A stretch of DNA of 64,000 nt. Origin: Synechococcus sp. (GTDB taxonomy: Bacteria > Cyanobacteriota > Cyanobacteriia > Thermostichales > PCC-7336). Made by a program: the position numbers and the translations under genes. Below the pieces are notes generated by a model, which made no database searches, had not been told where the DNA came from, and saw only the letters and a program-made list of their open reading frames with translations. The stretch is from positions 51,189 to 115,188 of the forward strand of contig JBFRWN010000098.1 of the NCBI GenBank assembly GCA_051439605.1. The letters are read 5' to 3'. Of this stretch, positions 34,476-45,291 are shown piece by piece (the stretch's first letter is position 1; each line of letters begins with the position of its first letter).

Positions 34476-36323
34476 TTATTTGTACTGCATCTGATGGAAT
34501 TCCCACAGCTGTCCCTGCTTATCCAGCAGCTCTTGGTAAGTTCCCTCTTCCACGACTCTTCCTGAATCTAAAACAACCACTTTATCTGCCTTGAAAATGG
34601 TGGAAAGTCGGTGAGCAACCATAATCACTGTTCTGCCTTTAACCAGCTCATCTAGAGATTCTTGAATGAGCTGCTCTGTGACTGAGTCGAGGGCACTAGT
34701 AGCTTCATCTAAGATTAATATTTCAGGATCGCGCACCAACGCACGTGCGATTGAAATCCGCTGCCGCTGACCTCCAGAAAGGCGTACGCCTCGATCTCCT
34801 AGCTGCGTTTCAAATCCTTCGGGCATCTCCAAAATGAAATCTAGGGCGTTGGCCTGTTTTGCAGCTTCAAGAACTGCTTTATTGTCAACGCTATCTAAAC
34901 CGTAGGCAATATTCTCTTTGACGGTCGCGTTAAAGATAAACGTATCTTGACTAACAATCGCCATTTTCCGTCGAAGAGTGGAAATCTCGATATCGGCCAA
35001 GTCGACCCCATCGAATAGAATTTGTCCACTATTTGGCTTAATTAGCCGTAACATCAAGTCAACAATAGTGCTTTTTCCAGCTCCAGAAGAACCTACTAGC
35101 GCAACAGTTTTCCCTTTTGTAAAAGATAGATCTATCTTGTTTAGGATCGGACTGCCGGGTACATAGGAGAACTCTATACCCACGAAATCTACCGATTTTT
35201 TCAGACCTGGGAATGGAATCGTACCGTTCTGAAAAATTGGCTTATTCTTAGGTGCGAGCAGTTGGTTAACTTTATCTACAGAACCTCTAAAACTGGTAAT
35301 CCGGGTAAGAGTATTCAATACCTGGTAAACAAATGGCAGTGCGCGAAACAACGCAAACAAAAACGTGATTAGGATGGCGGCTTGAAGCTCGCTGTCTACA
35401 GATAATACCTGATAGGCAACAGCAAGGACTATCACGAGAGCAGTACTGCCTAGACCCTGAGATAGAGGTTTAATCATAGAGATAAATTTGGCGATCTTCT
35501 CCTCTGCTTCCGCAGCTCCCAGAATGTTTTTATCGATCCGTTTTTGTTCGTAATCAAAGGTTTCATAGGAGTGGACAGTTTTGATTCCGTTTATGAATTC
35601 AACAAATCCAGAGGTAACTCTCTGGTTTGCTGTGGGGATATTAAAACTGGCTTTGCGGACTCGGGATCTGATTTGGGAAACTCCTGAAAACAATAGGCTT
35701 AACAACATGAATGCAAATAGAGAAAGCTGCCATGAGATGAAGAACATTGCAACGATATAGGCTATTGCCTGAAATGCAGCTATCATTAACAAGGTTGTAG
35801 CTTTTAGAAGTTGCTCTATTTTCTGAAGTTCAGTGGTAATTGTGTTGAGCAAGTTGCCAGATCGCTCGTTGACGTAAAAGCTGAACTCAAGAGATTTGAG
35901 CCGCTGGAAAATACTTTTTCGAAGTCTATATAGAGTCTGAATTCTAGTGTAACTGGAGAATAGCTGGCCCAGGTATAAGAACAGAGCCTGCAGCCAGCTA
36001 ATGATCAAGAGAACGCTGGTAATTCGATAAACCTTGGTGGTGGTTGATGCTTGTGCTGGACTCAGCCAGGCATCAAGCCAAGACAGACCCGTTTCAAACG
36101 AAGGGGACTGGGGATCGGTCAGTCCCTGAAGGAATAGAGCAATGAGTCCAACTGTCGATCCTCCGAAGAGGGCTGAAATCAGTGTGAACGCTATGGCTAG
36201 AATCGCAATCCAATAGAAGTGCTTTAACTCCCGAAGCAAAAAGCGATCGCGTTTCCAAAATGGCAACTTCTTGATCTGCGTAACGAGGGGGTCATACACG
36301 ACTGCCAATGTATTTTTCAACAC
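34476..36323 (-). CDS. ABC exporter, fused TMD-NBD (HepA/MsbA-like)
   Basis: Six-TM domain; GSSGAGKS, LSGGQRQR, LDEATSALD, AHRLST. Confidence 0.9.
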   Translation of the reverse strand: MLKNTLAVVYDPLVTQIKKLPFWKRDRFLLRELKHFYWIAILAIAFTLISALFGGSTVGLIALFLQGLTDPQSPSFETGLSWLDAWLSPAQASTTTKVYRITSVLLIISWLQALFLYLGQLFSSYTRIQTLYRLRKSIFQRLKSLEFSFYVNERSGNLLNTITTELQKIEQLLKATTLLMIAAFQAIAYIVAMFFISWQLSLFAFMLLSLLFSGVSQIRSRVRKASFNIPTANQRVTSGFVEFINGIKTVHSYETFDYEQKRIDKNILGAAEAEEKIAKFISMIKPLSQGLGSTALVIVLAVAYQVLSVDSELQAAILITFLFALFRALPFVYQVLNTLTRITSFRGSVDKVNQLLAPKNKPIFQNGTIPFPGLKKSVDFVGIEFSYVPGSPILNKIDLSFTKGKTVALVGSSGAGKSTIVDLMLRLIKPNSGQILFDGVDLADIEISTLRRKMAIVSQDTFIFNATVKENIAYGLDSVDNKAVLEAAKQANALDFILEMPEGFETQLGDRGVRLSGGQRQRISIARALVRDPEILILDEATSALDSVTEQLIQESLDELVKGRTVIMVAHRLSTIFKADKVVVLDSGRVVEEGTYQELLDKQGQLWEFHQMQYK

Positions 36324-36964
36324 AAACGATACCTCTAAGATCGATCGACGATGCTTACCCTCAGCATCTGGCTTCGGAACGGCTAGTCACAAGGGTTTCC
36401 CCAAGAGCCAAGATCTGCTAGTAACTTGCCCCACCCCTTTGCGAAGCGAGCTACCTAGAGAAAATGACTGATTGAAACATTGTAGAGCCTTGTGCAGTAT
36501 TTTTTGTAACATGTGTTCCCGTATGCCATCAATTAAACATGCAGAATAGCTGCTTACCGGTAACTTGAACCTGGTTAGAAAACGATGCAAGATTCGGATA
36601 TGTCAGCATCAAAGGGTAATTTGTCCGTTCACATCAAAATTACGGAGAAACATTTCATACCGCCTCTTAACGGTGAATCACGGCTGACTGATGAGTAGGT
36701 GGATATTACTTGTAAATTCATACCACTAATCAGGAGGTCACTGAAGCATCCATTTTGCGCGTTTGCACGTGGATCTTAAGGAAGGATTGTGCTGTGTATT
36801 CGATGAAAAGATATTGTCATTCACGAAAACTCTCGCTGAGCATCGTGCATAGCCCATTACAATGACTAACGCTATATTTTTCAGGGCAAATTACCAGAGT
36901 CAATGTTCCTAGAGGCGTCGAGCTATAGACTCTAACAGGCAGTGTAAGGAGTCGAAATTTGAAA

Positions 36965-37792
36965 CTAGGCTTGCTGTTTAGCCTGTACTTGGATGGACTG
37001 GCTGCGTTGAACCAAGTTTTGTTCCGAGATCATCCTCTGAATGCGCTTGATGCGTTCTTCCGTGTGAGGGTGGGTGCTGAGGAATTGGGGGGGAGCACCA
37101 TTACCGAGCAATTTAGACATGAACTTTGTCATTGCGCGGGGATCGTACCCTGCACGGGTCATGAGTTGTAGGCCTTTTGCATCAGCTTCGTACTCAGCCT
37201 CGCGACTGCGGGGGCGGCGCAGACCGAGTTCTACTCCGGTTGCCACCAGCAGGTTATCGTCTACTCCCAGGAGCCGGGCACCAGCTTGAGCAAAGGTAGT
37301 CTGCTGCATCTGCTCCACTACGTGGCTCTCGGTGATGTGGGCAATTTCATGGGCTAGCACCGATGCAACTTGGGCATCGGTTTCCGCAGCTGCGATCGCC
37401 CCAGTGGTGATGTAAACAAACCCACCTGCGGTTGCAAAAGCGTTGAGTGAGTTATCGGCAACCACTTGAAATGTGAAGGGCAAATCGGGGCGATCGCTGA
37501 CGCGCACGAGCTGTTGCCCGATGCGGTTGATGCGTTGCGATAGTTGGGGATTGTTGGCGAGCTTAATCTCACCACTACGCAACAGTTGTTGATTAATATC
37601 CCGTCCTAACTCAACCTCTTGATTGTCAGAGAGATTGTATAACTGAATAGCGCGAAAACCATTTTGCAATAGCCCGCCTAGGTCAAAAGCCCTTGCTGTC
37701 GGGGCAGTGAGAGCAACAGAACAGGTCAATGCGGAGGTGGCTGCCATCAGGGCGATCAGCAGACGTGGGGGTAGTGAGGAGAGGCGGAGCAT
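36965..37792 (-). CDS. M48 family metalloprotease, secreted
   Basis: NAFATAGG, AHEIAH, E.EAD, STHP. Confidence 0.9.
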   Translation of the reverse strand: MLRLSSLPPRLLIALMAATSALTCSVALTAPTARAFDLGGLLQNGFRAIQLYNLSDNQEVELGRDINQQLLRSGEIKLANNPQLSQRINRIGQQLVRVSDRPDLPFTFQVVADNSLNAFATAGGFVYITTGAIAAAETDAQVASVLAHEIAHITESHVVEQMQQTTFAQAGARLLGVDDNLLVATGVELGLRRPRSREAEYEADAKGLQLMTRAGYDPRAMTKFMSKLLGNGAPPQFLSTHPHTEERIKRIQRMISEQNLVQRSQSIQVQAKQQA

Positions 37793-38007
37793 AGGTAGAT
37801 GGGTCTATCTCGATGCTCTTTAACGATAGTGAATCCTTCAAACAAATGCTGGTGGAGGAGGAGTAGATTGAGATACGGTCTGACGCATAAGAATTGCTTG
37901 CTAAGCCTTAGTTCTCGGAGCCTTCCCTGCTTGTGCACCCGTTATTTGGGCTCATTTTTGAAGGCATCTAATATGTAAACGAGAGTATTACGGTTGAGGG
38001 TACGAAC

Positions 38008-38670
38008 ATGAGTGCTAAACGGGTACTCGCAGCTTGCTTGCTAAGTGGGATTTGTCTAGCCAGTTGGCCTACGAGGGGGGAAGCTCTAACAGAGTTTCGT
38101 ATTTTGCAGCACCCAGTGCTGACTATTCGCCAACCAGAGGGTGACACCGATACCAGGGTACTGTCCATCAACCGACGGTTTGCAGCCATTGTGAATTCAA
38201 CTTCTGACGAGAAATTCGAGGTCAACACATCAGGAGATGCACGATCCGCTCGCATCTTAGTCAATGGCTCGATGTTGCTGGAGGTGACAGCGGAGGATGC
38301 CGCCGCGAATGCTACCGGTCAGGCAATCGCTTTAGCTGAGGTCTGGGCGCAGCGCCTGCGTGCTGTGCTGGAGAAACCAGAGGTCATGCAGCAGTTGTTA
38401 GGGACAGCTAATTTACCCGAACAGATACTTGTGGCTGGACGACGATACGCGATCGGGTCTGAGTCTGTGGCCGATCGAGGGCAGTTCGTCACCGACGGTA
38501 GCCGTGCTGGCGATCGCGTTATCTTCTGGTTGAAGCAATCCGAGACGGAGTCCGAGATGGAGTCCAAGATGGAGTCAGAGATGGACAAGGTTGCTCTACC
38601 CACCCCACTTCCGGAGCAGGTATACGTACTCAATCGCTTCCGAGATTTTGTTCCTTACCGTGCCCTGTGA
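38008..38670 (+). CDS. Hypothetical secreted protein
   Basis: Signal peptide; LLEVTAEDA, LAEVWAQRLR; overlaps the start of the next gene. Confidence 0.6.
   Translation: MSAKRVLAACLLSGICLASWPTRGEALTEFRILQHPVLTIRQPEGDTDTRVLSINRRFAAIVNSTSDEKFEVNTSGDARSARILVNGSMLLEVTAEDAAANATGQAIALAEVWAQRLRAVLEKPEVMQQLLGTANLPEQILVAGRRYAIGSESVADRGQFVTDGSRAGDRVIFWLKQSETESEMESKMESEMDKVALPTPLPEQVYVLNRFRDFVPYRAL
38539..38586 (+). repeat. 12-bp tandem repeat x4 (consensus TCCGAGATGGAG)
   Basis: Encodes SETE-SEME-SKME-SEMD. Confidence 0.85.
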
Positions 38671-39518
38671 TGACTGGACAAAACCCTGCTCGACACATCC
38701 TCTACGGCCTGAGGGCCGACCACTTCCGTCATCCCATTGATGAACAGGCCACTCGGTCGCTTCAGATGATTCCGGGCCTCAATCTGTTGATCCAAAACCT
38801 GATTGCCCCATCTGTGGAACAGATGCTGTATGTGGATAATCTGGCCTCAAGTATTCAAGTGGGGGAGCAGCAGCTGCCCGATTTGCACCGTTTGCTCCTG
38901 GATGCTTGCACCATTCTAGATTTAGAGGTGCCGCAGCTCTACATCAAGCAAAACCCTAATCCCAACGCCTATACCTTTGCCATGCGAGGCAAGCAGCCGT
39001 TTATTGTGGTGCACTCTTCGTTATTGGATTTGTTGGAGCCCGATGAGATACAGGCGGTGTTAGCTCACGAATTAGGGCATTTGAAATGCAACCACGGCGT
39101 CTATCTGACCATCGCCAATTTATTAGTATTATCTGCGGGGCTGCTGCCCCTAGGGGGAGTCTTACTGCAGCAAACATTGCAGCAGCAACTAATGACGTGG
39201 GTGCAATGCGCTGAATTCAGTTGCGATCGAGCTGCATTGCTAGTCTCTCAGCGGGCGGAGACAGTAGCGTCAGTGTTGATGAAATTGTGCGGCGGGTCTC
39301 CTAAAATAGCGTCTCAATTGAGCGTGACAGCCTTTTTAGAGCAAGCTCGAACCTACAGCGAACTCGACCGCGACGATTGGCAAGCGATGTTCAAGCGATT
39401 GCAATCGGTGGGTCGTTCACACCCCGTACCTGTGTTGCGAGCCCGGGAGATCGAACGGTGGTTCCACAGCAACACCTACCAAACCTTGCTCGCCCAACGC
39501 TCGACCCAGCTGGACTAA
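38667..39518 (+). CDS. M48 family metallopeptidase
   Basis: FRHP.D, PNAYT, AHELGH, EFSCDRAA, SHP. Confidence 0.9.
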   Translation: MMTGQNPARHILYGLRADHFRHPIDEQATRSLQMIPGLNLLIQNLIAPSVEQMLYVDNLASSIQVGEQQLPDLHRLLLDACTILDLEVPQLYIKQNPNPNAYTFAMRGKQPFIVVHSSLLDLLEPDEIQAVLAHELGHLKCNHGVYLTIANLLVLSAGLLPLGGVLLQQTLQQQLMTWVQCAEFSCDRAALLVSQRAETVASVLMKLCGGSPKIASQLSVTAFLEQARTYSELDRDDWQAMFKRLQSVGRSHPVPVLRAREIERWFHSNTYQTLLAQRSTQLD

Positions 39519-39805
39519 TTCTCAAATGAAGCTTTATTAGAAAAGAATTGCAATTGGGGAAAGGTATGCCTGAGAATAGTGCATATCTAGATGTGGCCAA
39601 CTCAGTGATGGAAGGTTTAGCGACCGTCAAGTCGCTTAGGACATATTAGCTATCCCAATCCATAACTGGGCATAGAGGCTTATATCCTAACTAAAATGTC
39701 AAAGGCTATATCTACGACCAGTCAGAACTCTGGACAGCTGAAGCTGCTTGAGATAATTGACAGTTGCTACAGCAATTTTAAATCCCACGAGGCGTTTCTT
39801 CTCGC

Positions 39806-40891
39806 ATGGCAGTAGTTCTCAAGATTGATGACGTCTGGAAACATTACTTTCCCGGACAAGACGTGTTGCAAGCGCTGTCATTGCAATTAGAAGAAGGTGA
39901 ATTGCTCGGTTTGCTGGGAATTTCAGGCAGCGGCAAAACAACGCTATTGCGCTTGATTGCTGGTTTTGAGAAGCCGAATCGGGGACAAATTCGAATTCGA
40001 GATCGCATCGTTGCCGGCCCCCACGATTGGGTACCGCCGGAAGAGCGACAGGTGGGGGTTGTATTCCAAAACTATGCCCTGTTTCCCCACCTGACCTTAG
40101 AGCAGAACGTGGCCTTTGGGCTCAGATCGGCCAAATTTGGTGCAGATGCAGCCCGAGAAAGAGTGAGGCAAACCATCGAGTTGGTAGGATTGCTGGATTT
40201 CTGCGATCGCTATCCAGCCGAGTTATCGGGGGGACAGCAGCAGCGTGTGGCCTTGGCTCGTGCCCTGGCTCCGGCCCCGCAATTGATTTTATTGGACGAG
40301 CCATTTAGTAATTTGGATGCCAGCATTCGCTATCGCTTGCGTCTGCAGGTGAGAGATATTCTTCACAAAGCCAACATTGCCGGAGTGTTTGTCACCCACG
40401 ACCAAGAGGAAGCTCTCTCTATTTCCGATCGCGTTGCGGTCTTACATCAGGGGCGGATGGAGCAGTGCGATCGGCCTGAGGTGCTGTATCGTTCCCCAAA
40501 AACGCGCTTTGTGGCGGAATTTGTCACGCAGGCAAATTTTGTGACGGCTGAACGCACCGAGCAGGGATGGAAGAGTGAAGTTGGCCTTCTAAATGTAGAT
40601 CCGCTCGCCACTTCAATGGCACATGTAGGGGACAATCCGGATCGAGTTGATGTGATGATTCGGCAAGAGGATTGTTGCTTGGTTCCTGATGATGCCAGCG
40701 ATGTTTACGTGCGAGGACGGCAGTTCTTGGGGCACGAAGCCATTTACTGTCTGCAGCTTCCCTCAGGGCACGAACTGCACGTGCGTCAATTAGATGAGTC
40801 CCAACCCATTCCGTCAGGAACGCACATTCGTTTGGAAATCAGGGGCGATCGCCGGTTGGCAGGTTTCCCGGCAATGGCCAGCAGCGAGTAA
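39806..40891 (+). CDS. ABC ATP-binding subunit, Fe3+ (FutC/FbpC)-like
   Basis: GISGSGKTT, VFQNYALFPHL, LSGGQQQR, LLDEPFSNLD, TOBE-like tail. Confidence 0.85.
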   Translation: MAVVLKIDDVWKHYFPGQDVLQALSLQLEEGELLGLLGISGSGKTTLLRLIAGFEKPNRGQIRIRDRIVAGPHDWVPPEERQVGVVFQNYALFPHLTLEQNVAFGLRSAKFGADAARERVRQTIELVGLLDFCDRYPAELSGGQQQRVALARALAPAPQLILLDEPFSNLDASIRYRLRLQVRDILHKANIAGVFVTHDQEEALSISDRVAVLHQGRMEQCDRPEVLYRSPKTRFVAEFVTQANFVTAERTEQGWKSEVGLLNVDPLATSMAHVGDNPDRVDVMIRQEDCCLVPDDASDVYVRGRQFLGHEAIYCLQLPSGHELHVRQLDESQPIPSGTHIRLEIRGDRRLAGFPAMASSE

Positions 40892-41022
40892 GTTTTGGTT
40901 TGTCGCGATCGTCACGGTGTTCTGGCAACAATGATAATGGGAGGATAGCTGGCTCTTGCTTGCTGTCCTAGAAAACTCTTGCCAAACTTGGGTTAGAGGT
41001 GTTGCTACAGCATGCCAGACGA

Positions 41023-41382
41023 ATGATTGGTTTATTGATTACGTGGGCTATTAATAGCGTTAGTTTATTTGTGATTTCTAAGCTCCCCATGCTTGGAGTT
41101 GAGGTGGATACCTTTGGCAAGTCCATGATTTCCGCCGCTGTGTTTGGCATCCTCAACGCGACGTTGGGGGGAATACTGAAATTCTTATCGAGTCCCCTCA
41201 ATTGGATTTCATTAGGGCTGGTTTACTTCATTATCAATGCCTTTATTTTTGGACTGGCTGCCAAGCTAGTGACGGGATTCCGCCTGCGACACGGTATTTG
41301 GAGTGCTCTGATGGGGGCGTTTGCCTTCGGATTGCTGAACGCGTTTTTGGTTAACCGCCTGTTACCAGCAGTCTTGGTTTAG
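41023..41382 (+). CDS. YvlD/DUF360-type four-TM membrane protein (paralog 1)
   Basis: AAVFGILNA...P.N..SLG...IINA. Confidence 0.8.
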   Translation: MIGLLITWAINSVSLFVISKLPMLGVEVDTFGKSMISAAVFGILNATLGGILKFLSSPLNWISLGLVYFIINAFIFGLAAKLVTGFRLRHGIWSALMGAFAFGLLNAFLVNRLLPAVLV

Positions 41383-41394
41383 AAATGGATTCAA

Positions 41395-42405
41395 TTAGAG
41401 ATTGATTAGATTAGCGATATACCCAGACATTGCCACTCCCACCCAAACCAACACAACTCGCCGCAGCCAATGGGTACTCTCCACGACAGTTTTTACCTGA
41501 AGAGGCTTTTGGGGTTGACCCAAAAGAGGTTTGTGGGTGATGACTCCCCGATACGCATTTTGTCCACCTAGTTGAACGTTGAGGAGCCAGGCAAACGCGG
41601 CCTCGCTCCACCCCGAGTTGGGGCTGGGGTCTTGGCGGGCATCTTGACTGCACTGCCGTAAATATTGCAGAGGGCGATCGCTCCACATTGCTAATGTAAT
41701 TACGGTGAGGCGACAGGGGAGCCAGGTGGCAAAATCTTCAAAACGTGCAGGGATGCGACCCAAGTGAGTATAGGGCTGGCGACGATATCCCACCATAGAA
41801 TCTAGGGTACTGAGGGCTTTGTAGGCAAAGGCCAATGGTGCTCCACCAATCAACCCGTAGAATAGCGGTGCCGTAGCACCGTCTGGGGTGTTTTCTGCCA
41901 CCGTTTCCACAACCGCACGACAGATTTCCCCTTCATCGAGATGGTGGGTATCTCGACCGACATATCGCCGCAACAGCTGTCTCGCTTGAGGCAGCTCTCC
42001 TGATTTGAGGGGGGAGATCAGAGACAAGGCCGCAAACCTGAGGCTTCTGGCCCCTAAGCAACTAGCCAACAGGACTGCATGAGTGGCCCAGCCAAATAAG
42101 GGATGAAGACTGTGGGAGATCGCAATTAGAACTGCGGCGTAAAGATAGCTGCCACTGAGCAGTCCAAGTGTCATCAATCCCCCGCACACCTGCTGCTGCC
42201 AAGGGGAGAGGCAATAGTGGAGGATGAGGTTTCTTCCTTTTACGATCGCCCAGCCCATGGCCTGAACGGGGTGGAACCAGCTCCAGGGATCGGCGATGCA
42301 AAAATCTAGCAGCAAGGCTACCAGAAGGACCACCAAGGGGGGTGGGCTGGGTATCCACCAGCCCAATATGGGAGCAGTTGGTATCCAGAGGTCAAAGGGA
42401 GGCAA
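41395..42405 (-). CDS. cbiB: Adenosylcobinamide-phosphate synthase
   Basis: DP...HPV, VGRDT, ETVAEN..DG, TLDSMVGY, SPNSGWSEA. Confidence 0.92.
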   Translation of the reverse strand: MPPFDLWIPTAPILGWWIPSPPPLVVLLVALLLDFCIADPWSWFHPVQAMGWAIVKGRNLILHYCLSPWQQQVCGGLMTLGLLSGSYLYAAVLIAISHSLHPLFGWATHAVLLASCLGARSLRFAALSLISPLKSGELPQARQLLRRYVGRDTHHLDEGEICRAVVETVAENTPDGATAPLFYGLIGGAPLAFAYKALSTLDSMVGYRRQPYTHLGRIPARFEDFATWLPCRLTVITLAMWSDRPLQYLRQCSQDARQDPSPNSGWSEAAFAWLLNVQLGGQNAYRGVITHKPLLGQPQKPLQVKTVVESTHWLRRVVLVWVGVAMSGYIANLINL

Positions 42406-42410
42406 ACGGG

Positions 42411-43589
42411 TTATGCGGCTCCTTTCTTTGCGGTCTTCGCGGTTTTTGCTTTAGAGCCATTGGCAGCAGCGCTGCCGTTTTTTGTCCCTGAATCCGGTTC
42501 TTTGGAACCTTCTGGGGCCTTTTCTAATGATGCAGGCGGGGCAACCGAATTAGCGGATACTGTCGCTCCCATCGACAGTTGCTCCCGAAGACTCGCGTCG
42601 AGTTCGGCACGAATCTCTGGGTTGCTATCTAGGTAGGCGATCGCGTTATCTCGCCCTTGGGCAACATTTTCCCCTCGGTAGCTATACCAAGAGCCTTTCC
42701 GCTGGACTAGATTCGTTTCTTCAGCAAGGTCCAAAACGCAGCCAGTATTCGACACCCCTTTGCCAAAAATGATGTCGAATTCTGCTCGCCGGAAGGGAGG
42801 GGCCACTTTGTTCTTGGCAACTTTGACTCGGGCGCGAATCCCGTATTCCTCGTTTCCTTTCTTGAGGGTTTGGATACGACGAATATCGAGTCGCACTGAA
42901 GCGTAGAACTTGAGGGCGTTACCACCCGTCGTAGTTTCTTGGGGACCGTATCCCATACCGCCAATCTTGGAGCGCAGTTGGTTCAAAAAGACCACAATGC
43001 AGCCGGTTTTGCTAATGTTTCCGGTGATTTTGCGCAGTGCCTGACTCATCAGGCGAGCCTGCAAACCGACGTGGGCGTCTCCCATTTCTCCTTCAATTTC
43101 GGCCCGTGGAACCAATGCGGCAACAGAGTCCACCACTACGATGTCTACTGCAGCGGAGCGTACCAGTTGATCGACAATCTCCAGTCCTGCCTCCCCCGTG
43201 TCTGGCTGAGCCACCAGGAGATTTTCAATATCGACTCCCAATGCAGAGGCGTAAATGGGATCGAGGGCGTGTTCGGCATCCACAAACGCGGCTACCCCGC
43301 CGACTTTTTGAACCTCGGCCACTGCGTGGAGGGCAATAGAGGTTTTACCGGAGGATTCTGGGCCATAGATTTCCACCACCCGCCCTTTTGGGAAGCCCCC
43401 ACCCAAGGCAAGATCGAGGGTCAGAGGTCCTGCTGAAACCGTCTCCACCCGCATGCGAGAAGCGTCCCCCAACCGCATGATGGCCCCCTTACCAAAATTA
43501 CGCTCGATTTGGCTAAGCACTTGGTCCAGCGCTTTTTTTTTGGCGGTATCTTCACTGCTGGCGCTGGATTTTGTACTGTTTTGGGGCAT
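42411..43589 (-). CDS. recA: Recombinase RecA
   Basis: [39 protein letters not shown]. Confidence 0.98.
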   Translation of the reverse strand: MPQNSTKSSASSEDTAKKKALDQVLSQIERNFGKGAIMRLGDASRMRVETVSAGPLTLDLALGGGFPKGRVVEIYGPESSGKTSIALHAVAEVQKVGGVAAFVDAEHALDPIYASALGVDIENLLVAQPDTGEAGLEIVDQLVRSAAVDIVVVDSVAALVPRAEIEGEMGDAHVGLQARLMSQALRKITGNISKTGCIVVFLNQLRSKIGGMGYGPQETTTGGNALKFYASVRLDIRRIQTLKKGNEEYGIRARVKVAKNKVAPPFRRAEFDIIFGKGVSNTGCVLDLAEETNLVQRKGSWYSYRGENVAQGRDNAIAYLDSNPEIRAELDASLREQLSMGATVSANSVAPPASLEKAPEGSKEPDSGTKNGSAAANGSKAKTAKTAKKGAA

Positions 43590-43938
43590 GGTGGCAATGA
43601 CTCCGAAGCAGGGGATAGGTTAGGTAAATGTGAGTTTGTGATGAAGAGGCTTGCACGCAACCGTTAAGGCGTTTCCCGGTAAGGCGACAGCATTCTAGCA
43701 CCCCCTTTGAGACAGAGAATTCAGTCAATCTACGTGAATTTCCTGGGGGTAGTTGTTCCTGAACTGACGGTGTGGGACAGTTTAGGCTGACGCTACAGTA
43801 ATCAGAGCAGTCGCCAGTGTAGTTTTACCACTGGGATGGATATTCCTCTAGATTTCATAACTGTATGGATGGGAATTGCTGTCAGCGTATAAACGCACTG
43901 TCTTGACTGATGGCGTCTCCATCTACTGATGCTCGATT

Positions 43939-44427
43939 ATGCGCGATCGCCCCTTGGTTTTACCCTCCCCTGAGGCCACGCAAACGCTGGCTCAGCTATT
44001 AGGTGAATGTGCAGAGCCCGGTCTTGTCCTGCTTTTAGAAGGGGACTTAGGCGGGGGGAAAACGACGTTTACCCAAGGGCTGGGTCGAGGATTGGGAATT
44101 GAAGATGCGATTGTTAGCCCTACCTTCACCTTGATACAGGAATATTGGGAGGGGCGCGTACCTTTGTTCCACTGCGACCTCTATCGCCTTACCCCTAGTG
44201 GCGTGTACGACCTTGGTTTGGATGAGCTTTGGGAGAAGGGAGTGATAGCGATCGAGTGGCCGCAACGACTGCCAGAGCTGCCTCCAGAATGGTTGAAGCT
44301 GAAGCTAGATGTGGTGGGGGAAGATTCCCGCCAGGTGACGGTGACGGCTTCGGGGGATAAACATGCCCGCTGGTGGGGACAGGCGTTTGATGCATTTGAA
44401 TCGGGTACGTGGGGGCACGAGCGGTGA
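43939..44427 (+). CDS. tsaE: tRNA t6A biosynthesis ATPase TsaE
   Basis: GDLGGGKTT, SPTFTL, HCDLYRL, IEWP. Confidence 0.95.
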   Translation: MRDRPLVLPSPEATQTLAQLLGECAEPGLVLLLEGDLGGGKTTFTQGLGRGLGIEDAIVSPTFTLIQEYWEGRVPLFHCDLYRLTPSGVYDLGLDELWEKGVIAIEWPQRLPELPPEWLKLKLDVVGEDSRQVTVTASGDKHARWWGQAFDAFESGTWGHER

Positions 44428-45224
44428 GGCCAAGAATTCTGGCATTAGATTTTGATGGAGTTGTGCTGAATGGGTTGCGGGAGTACTTTCAGACTGCCTG
44501 GCGAGCCTATCAACAAATCTGGCCTGTCGATGTAGAAAAAGAAGTGGGACCAGAGCAATTAGCAACAATTGCCGATCAATTTTACCGGCTGCGGCCAGTA
44601 ATTGAGATGGGTTGGGAGATGCCGGTGTTGGTGCGGGCGTTGTTGATGGGGGTGGCGGACGATCGAATTGAGGCGAGTTGGTCGCAGGTGCTGGATGAAA
44701 TTACCGAACGGGAGGGATGCCAGCCCTCCGCTCTTGCCAGTGTGGTTGATGGTGTTCGGGATGTATGGATTCAGTCGGATTTAGCGGGTTGGCTGGCCAT
44801 TCAGCAGTTTTATCCCGGTACGGTGGAGCAACTCAAGCGGTGGACAGTCGATCGCGATCTAGAAGTGTTTATTGTTTCTACAAAAGAGGGACGGTTTATT
44901 CATCAATTGCTGGGTCAAGCGGGGGTAGAGTTTCCTCGCGATCGCATTCTGGGGAAAGAGGTGCGACGACCGAAGTACGAGACTCTGCGGTTGTTGTTAC
45001 AGGCAGGTGGAGATCTACCCAGCTCGAAGATTTGGTTTGTGGAGGATCGCCTGAAGGCACTGGAATTGGTAGTGGCTCAGCCGGACCTGAAAGGAACCGA
45101 GTTATTTCTAGCTGACTGGGGATACAACCTAGAGCGAGATCGGCAGCAGGTCAACCAACGCACTCGGATTCGGTTACTGAGTTTAAATGTTTTTAATGCC
45201 GGTATTGAGTGCTGGTGTCGGTAG
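44424..45224 (+). CDS. HAD-family hydrolase
   Basis: ALDFDGV, STK, WFVEDRL, LADWGYN; GTGA overlap with the tsaE stop. Confidence 0.85.
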   Translation: MRPRILALDFDGVVLNGLREYFQTAWRAYQQIWPVDVEKEVGPEQLATIADQFYRLRPVIEMGWEMPVLVRALLMGVADDRIEASWSQVLDEITEREGCQPSALASVVDGVRDVWIQSDLAGWLAIQQFYPGTVEQLKRWTVDRDLEVFIVSTKEGRFIHQLLGQAGVEFPRDRILGKEVRRPKYETLRLLLQAGGDLPSSKIWFVEDRLKALELVVAQPDLKGTELFLADWGYNLERDRQQVNQRTRIRLLSLNVFNAGIECWCR

Positions 45225-45291
45225 TTCATTTTGCTTGCATTATTCAGCAGACGGCTTCACCTGCAAAATGCGCATTTGGAGAGGCTGCTTC

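Noticed and set aside
39745..39780. Fur box upstream of the FutC-like gene
   Set aside because: Only a GATAAT half-site is present, too weak to call
43590..43938. LexA box upstream of recA
   Set aside because: No convincing match to the cyanobacterial RGTAC-N3-DGTWC or the CTGT-N8-ACAG consensus seen
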